A DNA stretch of 62,468 nucleotides, counting the filler, from Chrysochromulina tobinii (lineage: Eukaryota), in the NCBI GenBank assembly GCA_001275005.1. It is 3 parts of 3 records of this genome, joined end to end, with 100 filler letters (N's around TTAATTAATTAA, not from the genome) between each part and the next. Parts side by side here need not be neighbours in the genome. Positions count along the whole stretch, not along the records: positions 1 to 12,461 come from JWZX01001330.1; positions 12,562 to 31,174 come from JWZX01001331.1; 1 more part is not named here. One strand, given 5' to 3'. The translations under genes were made by a program, and so were the position numbers. Below the pieces are notes generated by a model. That model was not told the origin of the DNA. It did not search any database and worked only from the letters and a program-made list of their open reading frames with translations. This document shows, piece after piece, positions 11,002 through 21,836 of this stretch. Positions within the stretch are counted from its first letter, which is position 1. Every line of letters starts with the position of its first letter.

Positions 11002-12461
11002 GCCGGAGAAGTTAAAGGAAGAGGAGGGGCAGGAGGGGCAGGAGGGGCTGCTGCTGCTGCTGCTGCTGCAAGATGATATTCGCGGCGCATCATCAACTTG
11101 CACCTTGGGCGATCTTCCTCTTTCCACAACGATCGCCTGGGCGCCTAGCTATGGGTGCTTTTGATGAGGTAGAGTTTGGGTTGAGGCCGACAGGACTTTG
11201 GCTTTTGGCACACTGGCTCTGCTTGGATTGTGTGGGGTGTGTCCCGCTCCCCGCGCCGACGAGCGACCGTCGGCGGCACTCTGTGCCGTTTATGTGCCGT
11301 GTGCGTGTCGTCTGCGAATGTGACGGATCGAATTGTCAGAGGCGGGATGCGGAGGCGGTACTGTGTATTCTATGCGAAAGCTGCTAGCTGGGACGAGCTC
11401 CTGCATCCGATCCGAAAGACAAAACGTTATGAAAACGATGCAAGGTAACGTAAGGGAAATGAATTAATTCCATTTTTGACACGTCCGAATATGTCGCCTA
11501 CCCTGAACCCTCCGACGCCCGCCCCGCTGCCCCCCCTTAAGGCTTAAGGTTAAGCCCCCCCACCCGGCACGCTGATGATACAGACTGTAAGGCAATGAAA
11601 GAAGACGGAAGCGAAACCAAGCTCCAAGGAGATTTTCGGTTACGAAAGCAGGTTAAAACTGGGGTGGGGCTGCCATGCCAGGAGTCAGGGCGACTCATCG
11701 GCACCAGGGATGCATCACGTGTAAGGCTTCGCATCCCACCGTGCTGCCTACAGCTGAGAGGTGCCCCCACCCCTCAGGTTCCGGACACTCGATCCATGTT
11801 GCCGTTCCCACCCAATCGCCGTCTTCCCGCCGCTTCCGCCTGCCAACCTGCCGCCCGGCCGCCCGGGACCCGCCGGCCGCGGTGTGACGGTGACCGCCCT
11901 CGCCTCAGTCCCCTATTTTTTTTGAGTGTTTACATGTAAGAAGCCAGGGAGAGGGACGAGAACGATAAACGAAGTGCAAGTTGCATACAAGTGGCACTTG
12001 CGACCAATCGTAGACGCGCGACTCGGCGGAGCTCGGCGCAGACGAGAGTTTGGCGCTGACCGTGTCCGCTGGATCGTCGCACGCGCGGTCGGTCGTTTCA
12101 CGCGTGCCGAATGTTCGCTGCGCAAGTCGTCATAGTACATAGACTTCTTTGAGACCGGTAGCAATTGGAGCCCGCCGAGCGCCGCGCCGCGCGCCGCGCG
12201 CGCCGCGCCATATCCCAACTTCAAGGGTAGTCGACGGGGGTGTAACGGCGACGGGGGTGCTCTCGCGTCAGCGGGGCAACTTGCGGGGCAACTTGATTAC
12301 CATCGTTATTACGCATTATTAGCGAGATAATGCACCATAATGCAGGGTGCCAATCGACAGATCTCGGAACGTAGACCCCCGAACCGCGGAAATTCGGCTT
12401 GCATCGGTTAAGCGAAGGCCGCAAACAGCATTTCCAACTTTGTTCACGAAACATCCCGCGC

Positions 12462-12561
12462 NNNNNNNNNNNNNNNNNNNNNNNNNNNNNNNNNNNNNNN
12501 NNNNNTTAATTAATTAANNNNNNNNNNNNNNNNNNNNNNNNNNNNNNNNNNNNNNNNNNNN
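12462..12561. other. Artificial scaffold gap or linker
   Basis: N44 + TTAATTAATTAA (stops in all six frames) + N44. Confidence 0.97.
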
Positions 12562-15500
12562 GCAGCGGCGACCGATGCGCCCGAGACGGCGTCGCTTCCG
12601 AGCGGCGGCGCCGCCCCGAGCGCCACTGACGAACCCCAGACCAGCCGGGTGACGAAACCGAAGGGCGACGAAACCGACGGCGCCGAGGGAGGGCGACTGA
12701 CGAAACCCAAGGGCGGCGAAACCGACGGCGCCAAGGGAGGGCGGCTGACGAAACCGAAGCGGAGCGCCGCCGACGGAGGGGCAGTTGGCGGGATGGACAA
12801 GTCCATATTAGGCAAGTCCACCGACACGTCTTTGGGGACCGCCGATGCCGCCGCTGCCGCCGCTAGTACGGCCGCGAGCATCAGCGACGCCACCGCCGCC
12901 AGGAACGTCAGTAACGCCATCGCCAGCGCGAACAAGACGCGCCGTAGCGGCGGCAACGCCGTCGCGGGCGCCACGGGTCGCGTCGTCGCGGGCGCCACGG
13001 GCCGCGTCGTCCCCACAGGCCGCGACAGTCGCGCTCACGACGACGCTCCGCCGCCCGCGGTCGTGGCGGCGCGCCGTCGCGGGCTCCTCGGCTGGCTGCT
13101 TGGCTGCTGCTTCCCCGACGGGTCTGGCACCGAGGAGGAGGAGAGGAGCGCCGTAGCGGGCACGCTGCCGCTGCCAGCCAGTGCGTCCACCACCGGCGCC
13201 GTATCGGGCGCCACTGCCTCGGGGGCCGCGGCGCTCCGTTCACAGTGCGCTCTTCACACCCGGACCTAACTCACCCCAACAGGCCTCCCTCGCATGCAAG
13301 CGCTCACCACGACGCCCCATCTCCCCCCCTGCCCCCCTGCGTGCGCGCAGGCGCGACGCGCTGCAGGCCGAGTGCCGTGCCTTGCGTGCCGAGCTCGCCG
13401 CCGCCGCCGCCGCCCGGGACAGCGCGCAGCCCAGCACCGCTGGTGGGGGAGGTGCCCAGGACAGCGCCCGCGCCCGTGCGAGCGCCGCCGCAGCAGCCGC
13501 AGTGAGCGCCGCCCTGGAGGAGCAGGTGAGTGTCGTTAATTGCCTCTCCTGATGGCCTCTTCTGATGGCCTCTGATTGCACCTCTGATTGCGCCTCTGAT
13601 TGCGCCTCTGATTGCGCCTCTGATCGAGCATCGCCCTGGTGGAGCAGGTGGCGGCGGCCGAGGCGGCGGCGGCGGCGGCGCAGGCGGCGGCGACGGCGCA
13701 CGAGGCGCAAAGCAAGGTGAGTCTCGTCAATTGCCTCTGCAGTGCCTGTTCTGATGGCCACTGAGTAGGCGTCTCTGACGAAACTCTGCGGACGGATTGC
13801 AGGAGCTCCAGCGCGAGCTGATGGCCTCTGATTGCCTCCCTGACGAATCTCGGACGAATCCCTGACGAATCTCGGACGAATCTCGGACGAATCTCGGACG
13901 AAATGGCAGGAGCTCCAGCGCGAGCTCACGGCGGCGGCGACGGCGAGGGCGGCCGAGGCGGCGGCGACGGCGAAGGCGGCCGAGGCGGTGGCTGCGCTCG
14001 ACGATGCAGCGGCCGAGGTACGATCGCCTGCATGCACGTGCTCATCACGGCGCCGCGTCCGTCGTTCACGCCGCCTTCCTCGCTCGTTCACACCCCGTGC
14101 TCCTCGTTCACAGGTGCGCTCGCTACGTGAGCAGCTCGACGCGGCGGCGAGTGCGGCGGCGGCGGCGGCGCTCACGACGGCGCGCGAGTGGCAGGCGAAG
14201 CTCGACGCTCACGACGGCGCGAGCGCCGAGGCGGCAGCGGCGCTCGAGACGGCGCTCCAAAACAGGCAGGCGGCGCTCGAGACGGCGCTCGAGGCGGCGA
14301 CGGCTCGCGCTGGAGCGCTGGCGGAGGACGTCGACCGTTTGAGCGCCGAGTTGAGCGCTGCGAAGGCGGCCCTCGTCGCGGCGGAGCGTGCGGCCGAGGC
14401 GCAGCAGAAGGCGAGCACTCTGATGGCCTCTGATGACCTCTGAGGACCTCTGATGACCTCTGATTGCCTCGGATTGCCTCTGCTGATGACCTCTGAGGAT
14501 GGCTGATGGCCTCCCTCATCAGGCAAGCACTCTCGAGCTCGCCGCCGCTTGATGGCCTTTGATTGCCTCACTAATTAGATGGATTGCCTCCCTCATCAGG
14601 CAAGCACTCTCGAGCTCGCCGCCGCGAACGAGAGAGCCGCGATGCACGCGGCGGCAAGCGCCGAGTTGAGCGCCGACCTCGCGAGCCTCCAGGCGCGTGT
14701 GCGTGCGGCCGAGGCGGCGCAGGCGGCGGCGCAGGCGGCGGCCGAGGCGGCGTCGACGACGGCGGCGAGGGCGGCGGCCGAGGCGACGGAGGCGACGGAG
14801 GCGCTCGCGGCCGCGCATCGAGCGACGGCGCAGGCTGAAGCGACCCTTGCGACGGCCGAGGCGCAGGTGAGTGTCGTTAATTGCCTCTTCTGATGGCCTC
14901 TTCTGATTGCGTCTCTGATTGAGCGCCGCCCTGGTGGAGCAGGTGGCGGCGGCCGAGGCGGCGGCGAGTGGCGCGGCGGCGGCGCTCGCGACGGCGCTCG
15001 ACGAGCAGGCCGAGCAGCTCGATGCGAAGGATGCGGTGCTCGCTTTGTACAAGGGGCGGCTTGAGGACGTTACGGAAGCGTCGCGCCGGGCACTCGACGC
15101 TGCGGGCGCACGTGCGCGCGCGAACGGCCGCGTCGCGTTTGGGGTACGCTGATTGCCACTGATGACCGCTGATGACCTCTGATGACACCTCTGATGACAC
15201 CTCCGAGGACCTCTGATGACACCTCTGATGACACCTCTGATGACACCTCTGATGGCCGCTGATGACCGCTGATGACCGCTGATGACCTCTGATGGACGGT
15301 GATGACCTCTCTTCCCACAGGTGCTCACTCAGTCAGTGGCACTACCGGCAATGCTGTTGACACGCTCGAGCACGGGTCCGGCAGCGCCGCCGTGGGCACC
15401 CCACCCGCTGCAGGGTTGGTGGATGGCTGGTCTCCAATCGAGCGGTCTCAAGCGCCACAGGACGCGCGCAACCACGTCGGCGGCGCGCGCGGCGGTCGCG

Positions 15501-17751
15501 CTGCTGCCCCCGATGTGCGCGGCGGCGAAGGCGACTTCGTACGAGGCATGTGCGCTTCTGGTCGCGGCGGAGGCGGCGGAGGCGGAGGTGCGATCTGCGC
15601 GCGAGCTCGCGAGCTCGGCGATGAAGGCGCGGGGCGAGCGTGCGCGAGATCGAGAGGAGATCGCGAGGGTGGCGCGGCAGCTGGCGACCATGGACGCGCA
15701 GGTGAGTGCATTTTGAAGGCCTCTTGAAGGCCTCTCGATGACCTCTTGATTACCTCTCGATTGCCCATTGATTGCCCATCGAGTGTTGATGTGGCATCCA
15801 TGGATGCGCAGGTGAGTCTCGTTAATTGCCTCTTGATGACCTCTTGTTTGCCCATTGATTGCGTGTTGATGTGGCATCCATGGATGCGCAGGAGGCGGCT
15901 GTGGAACCGATGGGGCTTGCGGACGCGGGCGACGAAACTGACGAAACCACACCTCCCGCGGCTGTGGAACCGGAGGGGCTTGCGGACGCGGGCGACGAAA
16001 CTGACGAAACCAGCGGCGTGGTGGAAGCCCCAGCAACGAAACCGACGAAACTGACGGAGGAGTGCGGGGCGGGCGCGCCCGCTGCCGATGGCGCCGTGAT
16101 GGGCGCGGTCGAGGGCGCCGTGATGGCGGACGCACTCAGCGGGGAGGCGGAGGGCGCCGTGATTGCGGACGCACTCAGGGAGGAGGCGGATGCGGCGCTG
16201 TCACGTCTGTTGATGGGCGATCACGTGGCCGAGATCAGCGGCGAGATTGTGGCCGAGATCAGCGGCGACCATGTGGCCGAGATCAGCGATGATAATGTAG
16301 CCGAGGTCGCACCTGCCGACTGGGGCTTCAATGATGCTGCTCAACACGACGTCAAGGACGCTGCTCAACACGACGCCAAGGACGCTGCGTCGAGTATCAA
16401 TGAGGACGCAGCTGCCCCTGTCGACCGTGCTCAGCACGACGCTGCTCAACACGACGCCAACGACGCTGCTCAACACGACGCCAACGGTCCCGCCAGTGCG
16501 GCCGGCGATTCTGCCGGTGGCTCGTTCCAAACTAGGAGCTGGCCGCCCGCCCCTAATTTGGAACGAGCCGCCGACACGCTATCCAAGGCGGAGGCGGAGG
16601 CGCCGCCGCCACCTCCGCCGCCGCCAGCGCCGCCACCGCCCTCGCCGCCCTCTCCGCCGCCGCCCTCGCCGCACGCGGTCATGAGTGATTACGGATCGCC
16701 TTCGTTCCGGGAAGAGGCGACGAAACATTTGACGAATTCCCTCGACGCCCTGGCGCACGGCTGGGCGGCGCTCGACACGGCGCTCGCGGCCCAGCCGGCC
16801 ACGTGGCAGTTGCCGAATGCAGCCGCTGATTGCATGCGGCGCGCGAGCGAGCAGCACGCGGCTCTGCTCGCGTGCTTGGGTCGCTCGCTCCGGGTGCAGG
16901 TACGCTGATTGCATCTGATGACCCGCCCTTGCATGCATGTGCTCACCACGGCGCGATGCGGCGGGTAAGCTGATTGCATCTGATGACCTGCACTTGCATG
17001 CACGTGCTCACCACGGCGCCCGGTCTCTCCCCACGCTCCGGGTGCCCTTGCATGCATATGCTCACCACGGCGCCTCGTCTCCCCCCACGCTCCGGGTGCC
17101 CTTGCATGCATATGCTCACCACGGCGCCTCGTCTCCCCCCACGCTCCCGGTGCAGGCGGAGGCTGCGGCGGTGGCGGCGGAGGTGGAGGCGGAGGTGGCG
17201 CAGGTGGCGGCGGCGGTGGCAGGTGGTGGCGCGGGCGTGGGCGGCGCGGCGGGCAAGGGCATGGCATGGGCAGGTGCAGGCTTGCTGGTGGCGACGTGTG
17301 CTCAGGTTGCCTCGGAGGCTCTCACGCAGGTGAGTCTCGTTAATGGCCTCTTGAGTGCCTCTGATTGCTCAGGTTGCTTCGGAGGCTCTCACGCAGGTGA
17401 GTCTCGTTAATGGCCTCTTGAGTGCCTCTGATTGCCAGGCGATGCCGAGTACCACAGATGACCATTGCCAGGCGATGCCGAGTACCACTGATGACCACTG
17501 ATCATCACTGATGACCACTGATGACCACTGATGACCGCTGATGATGACTGATGATGGCTGATGATGGCTGATGTTGACTGATGACCTCTGATGACCACTG
17601 ATGATGGCTCGAGTGGCAGGCGCTGGCCCTCTGCGTGCCATCTGGAGCCGCGACTCAGTCTGTAGCAGCAGGGCCGTCGCCTCCGGCAAATGCGGCGGGT
17701 GGGGCGGGCGGCGGTCTTGGCGGACTCTTCTTCTTTCCGCCGAGACAATGA
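12562..17751 (+). CDS. 5'-truncated 11-exon gene for a large Ala/Glu-rich coiled-coil protein with a hydrophobic segment near the C-terminus
   Basis: Hand-built exons <12562-13244, 13351-13525, 13648-13716, 13910-14017, 14114-14410, 14600-14866, 14943-15143, 15321-15701, 15892-16899, 17156-17329, 17620-17751 (TGA); all junctions are GT/GC..AG and keep frame (first intron phase 2, the rest phase 0). Confidence 0.75.
13526..17619 (+). mobile_element. Cluster of repeat-filled introns, most flanked by duplications (introner-like insertions)
   Basis: Introns 13526-13647, 13717-13909, 14018-14113, 14411-14599, 14867-14942, 15144-15320, 15702-15891, 16900-17155, 17330-17619 share stereotyped ends (GTGAGT(G/C)TCGTTAAT(T/G)GCCTC, GTACGCTGATTGC, GCCTCCCTCATCAG) and CTGAT(G/T)-type fillers or the TGCATGCA..GCTCACCACGGCG cassette. 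Confidence 0.7.
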
Positions 17752-17913
17752 CCGAGATAATGAGTGGGATTGCGCGCGGGAGAGAGAGCAAGCTCATAAA
17801 GTCGTGTATCGGAACATGCGCATACTGAGGCTGTAGTCTGGGTTCGCGGGTTCATTGTTTTTTTTGACCCGCTCGCGACGGCGCTTACGCTCACGGTCGC
17901 GTGAAATATTTAA

Positions 17914-18342
17914 ATGGGGCAAGCCGCCCGGATCGAACTTGACGCCCCGCCGCCGGTGGTCACCACATGGTCCTTTTGGGCGGGCAACTTTGGCTGTGGC
18001 AGCAGCATACAGTGCACGAATTGCACCGTCGCACAGGCGCTCGTCAAGTGCGGCGCGATGCCAATCTACCTCGACACGTATGGCACCAACGTGACCTGCA
18101 ACCGCACAGAGCCAAGTCCAGGCCCGCCACAAAGCTTTCATGGCGAGTTCTCGTGCTGCTCTGAACTCCTCGGGCCAACGACATTCAATGTGAGCAACTG
18201 CTTCTTCTGCCCGGGCGACGCTGACTGCGTGGAGAGCGCGGAGGATGCGACGGACGCGTCAACGGCCGTGGCGGCCACGGCGCCACGTGGCCTATTCTTG
18301 GCCATCCCCTCTTCATTGGAGAGCGTCCCCGCCATAGCTTAG
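17914..18342 (+). CDS. Small Cys-rich hypothetical protein (142 aa)
   Basis: ATG ORF with about 10 Cys and several N-x-S/T sites, suggesting a disulfide-bonded extracellular domain; no family recognised. Confidence 0.45.
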   Translation: MGQAARIELDAPPPVVTTWSFWAGNFGCGSSIQCTNCTVAQALVKCGAMPIYLDTYGTNVTCNRTEPSPGPPQSFHGEFSCCSELLGPTTFNVSNCFFCPGDADCVESAEDATDASTAVAATAPRGLFLAIPSSLESVPAIA

Positions 18343-18688
18343 CTTTGTTTGGTCTGATCGCGGCGGTGTGCTTTTCGTAAATCTCATTTCGCTGTGACGC
18401 CGAGCGGACCGAGCAGCTCTGACTCGGGCCGCGGCCCGCGTAACAGGCCCGCGCCGCTCTAGCACTACATCTGTTCAATCTAAAATAAAATTAGCACAGT
18501 CAGCGGCTTACATACTATGGAAAAACCATGCGAGCGCTCCAATGAGCTTGCTGACTCACTCCTGGAGCCATGAAAAGTAATTTGTGTCGAGAACGAGATC
18601 CAGCCGCCCTGACCCCTGTTCGTGCACTGCGCACTGGCCCCCTGCACAGCTCTTCGTGCCCGCCTACGATGCCACCCGAGCCCTCTCC

Positions 18689-19332
18689 CTACGAGGCCGC
18701 CGCCTTCTCGACCATCTCCGCTAGCTCGCCGTTCTGGTACATCTCGATCAGCAGATCGCAACCGCCCACGAACTCGCCGTCGATGTAGCACTGCGGAATG
18801 GTCGGCCAGTTGGAATGCTTCTTGATCCCCTCACGCACCTGGCGGGCGACGAGACCGACGAAACCGGGTGATGCGCGCGCTCGAGGAGAGTATGCAGCAG
18901 GCGCACGCCGGCGCCGGGCGCTCGCGGGGGCGGGGGCGGGGAGGGGATGGCGGCGCACGTCATTGTCGGCCAGCACGTTAAATGTCTGAAAGTCGCAGCC
19001 GGCGGACTCGGTCACGGCCTTGAGGATCATCACGGCTGTGTTGGAGAAGCCACACTGCGGTTGGATCTTGTCACCTTTCATGAAGAGCAGCACCTGTGGC
19101 AAGGAGCGCGAACCGATAGTCATCGATGTCGACGAACGAGTGAGGCGGCCGTGCGGACACGCCGACTGACCTTGTTGTCAGCAATCATCTTCTCGATGCG
19201 ATCCTTGGTCATAGCCTCGTTGAGCGATGGCGGTGGGCTGCGGCGCCGCACTGACGAGGCCGGAGTCTGGGGCAGCTGCAGCGCCGCCGCCGAGGAGAGC
19301 GCAAGGACGAGCATCGACGCGACGGCCTTCAT
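18689..19332 (-). CDS. Monothiol (CGFS) glutaredoxin, probably plastid-targeted; 3 exons
   Basis: Exons 19332-19171, 19093-18959, 18838-18689 give a signal peptide MKAVASMLVLALSSAAA, then VLLFMKG..PQCGFS, SNWPTIPQ and GEFVGGCD. Confidence 0.92.
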
Positions 19333-19429
19333 TTCACAGTCACTCCCTTCTTCCCTACCGTAGAAATTAACGATCTCACTCCTCTGATCAACTCTGCTCG
19401 CACTCCGCTCGCACTCGGCACTACCATAC

Positions 19430-20580
19430 ATGTACGGCGGCCGCACGAACGACGAGGCTACGCGCTGGGCGTGCCTCGACTCCTCGCCCGAGGTGATCAT
19501 GAGTGGCTTCACGATGAAGCCGCTCAGTCACGAGGAGTTCAACCTCCTCTTCGAGGTGCGCCTGGTGCGCTCCCATACTCTCCACGAGTACACCCGCCTG
19601 TTTGAGGGTGAGCTCATTCGCCTGTGCATGCGCACGCACCACGGCGACGAGGAGCAGCAAAAGCGTTACAAGCAGCTTGACAAGGCGGTCAGAAACGCCA
19701 AGTCCAACTCCAAGAGGCGGAAAGCGCGCGACGAGGGCTACGAGGAGTCGGCGCGCGGCAAGTCCAACGTCAAGAGGCCGACAGCTGGTGCGGAGGGCTA
19801 CGAGGAGTCGGCGCGCGGCAAGATATCGGCCGCTCTGGAGGCGCAGCGCCTCCAGCGTGATCTCGAAGGCCGTGCACGGCGCGGCGCCTCATACGGCGCT
19901 ACACACGCCTTCGTTCTTGCCGAAACTTCTGTGATCATCAAGGCAGAGGAGCTGGCAAGGCGCTACAACCACACCAAACTTGCGCCAACTATGAGCAGGG
20001 CTCCAAGAGCTCCAAGTTCCATGACACGTCTCTCCGGGCCCAAGGAGGAGGAGGAGATGATCTGATGCGACTCGTGTGCACCCGGGCGGCAGCGCCCGTG
20101 ATCGAGCAGGAGGCGGTCGAGCAGGTCGAGCAGGACGAGCAGGCTGAGCAGGAGGCGGCCGACACCGAGGTGGACACCGAGGTGGACGAGGACGAGGTGG
20201 AGCAGGAGGTGGCGGCGGCCGCTGCGCCACCTGCCCCGGCACCCTACGTGACCAGCCCGTTCATGCAGGCGCTCTACGACGACATCTTCGGCGCGGACGG
20301 TGAGAGTGGGGAGTCGTGAGAGTGGGTGAGAGTGGGGAGTCGTGAGAGTGGGGTCGGAGTAGGGCGCTGCCGCGGGGGAAAGCAAGTGGTCGACCTCACT
20401 CTCAGTGACGACGCCGCTCCACCACCTCACCATCATCTCCGCCGCCCGCGCCCGCGTCCTCCTGCTCCGCAACGGAGCCTCCATCCTCACCACGAGCACG
20501 ACGAGGAAATCGTCAATGAGCCTGACAAAGAAGAGCGGGGAACCTGGCCCGGAGAAGGGGGCAGGGGAGGCTGGCCTTGA
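19430..20580 (+). other. Hypothetical gene or decayed gene: ORF 19430-20065 abutting an acidic ORF 20065-20299 that can splice (20300-20362) to 20363-20580
   Basis: TGATG stop/start overlap at 20063-20067; internal 30-nt direct repeat (EGYEESARGK twice); GT..AG intron made of GTGAGAGTGGG repeats keeps frame. Confidence 0.35.
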
Positions 20581-21719
20581 CAGTCTGACCTCGACAGACC
20601 TCTCAGAGTGCGCGGGGGCGGAAGCGGAGGAGGGGGCGGGAGGGTGTCTGAAACCATCTCGAAGTATCTGTGCATTCTGTACAACAACGAGGTTGAACGA
20701 GGTTGACTGTTGCAATGTTCATGGCTGGTTCATGGTTGAGCTTCTCGAGTGTGCATCACCAGGGTTAGGTCTGACTTACCCGCGGACTCAGCCACTCTGA
20801 AGCACTCCGCCATGCATGAGATACTCAGGGTAACTCGCACCATCCTACCAGGCGCGCGTGCATGGGCTTACGGACACTTTGCCACACAGGGAGCCAAGCC
20901 AAGTGGTGGTAAAAAACCACACCGGAAGGCGCCAGGGCTGACTGAGCCCACACTACGCACTCTACATGCGCGTGCACAGATGCTTTGAAAGGGCGACATT
21001 CAACGCGGCCATCGCGCTCCCAAATGCCAACCTGCCAGAGTCCGAATGGGACCACATCCGCTTCGAAGCGCTCATGAAGGCAGCGGAACAGCTCGACCCC
21101 CACGCGCACCACGTGGGTATGGTCATGGCATACTCAAGGACCATCCCCGCCGCCCGCGCCCGCGTCCTCCTCCGCAACGGAGCCTCCATCCTCACCACGA
21201 GCACGACGAGGAAATCGTCAATCCAATCATTCCTAATCCCGGCAATTCCTAATCCAAGGGCGAGAATGTGAGTGCGCCTGGCCACGAGTGGGGCCCATAC
21301 GTGTATGCTCGGCCGCCTCGCCCTTGGCGTGCAGCTCGCGTGCGATCAAGAGCGGAGTGGGGTGGCCGGGTGCCGGGATTAGGGCCTTGGCCGCGGAATG
21401 CTCGCGAGGCGTGCGGCGAGGGCTTCCTTCACCTACACCAACTCCGACCTGTTCCGGTGCCTCGCGAGCGTGCGCTTCTCCGCTTCACACGCTCATCGAC
21501 GCAAAACGTTCCTGGGCAGCCCGGCTACAAACCCCGCACCTACTAAGATTTCCCCCCCTTCCCCCCCCTTCCCCCCCTTCCCCCCCCTCCAAATTTGCAT
21601 GCGGCTGTGCACCAAAACACGCCCCCCGTCGACTTCCGTTCACGCGCAAATTCCCAGATGAACTCCGCGTCGCCTCCCCATCGACCCATCCCGACGAGCC
21701 GCTCGACCCGCCCACCGCG

Positions 21720-21836
21720 TGCTGCGGTCGTGAATTCCGCCTGCGCCGCGCCCTCGAAGCGCACGCGCGCAGCCACGGCGCGTGCGGCAAATCTGGGTGT
21801 ACCTTCGCCGGCAGCCGCGCCGTCCTTCGGCTGCAC
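21720..21836 (+). pseudogene. Fragment of a tandem C2H2-like zinc-finger region (NUFIP1-like spacing)
   Basis: CCGREFRLRRALEAHARSHGACGKSGCTFAGSRAVLRLH; no intact start or continuation. Confidence 0.4.

Noticed and set aside
12506..12517. TTAATTAATTAA palindrome between N runs (also 31219-31230)
   Set aside because: Identical 100-nt construct at both gaps; an assembly linker, not biological sequence
15150..15310. Repeated CTGATGA resembling the hammerhead ribozyme core or snoRNA C/D boxes
   Set aside because: No following stem II plus GAAA and stem III could be found, and no terminal stem or guide region; a covariance-model search would be needed to revive the idea
14172..15328. Minus-strand ORFs encoding SSEVIRGHQ/EAIRGNQ repeats
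   Set aside because: Translations of the reverse complement of the intron filler, not proteins
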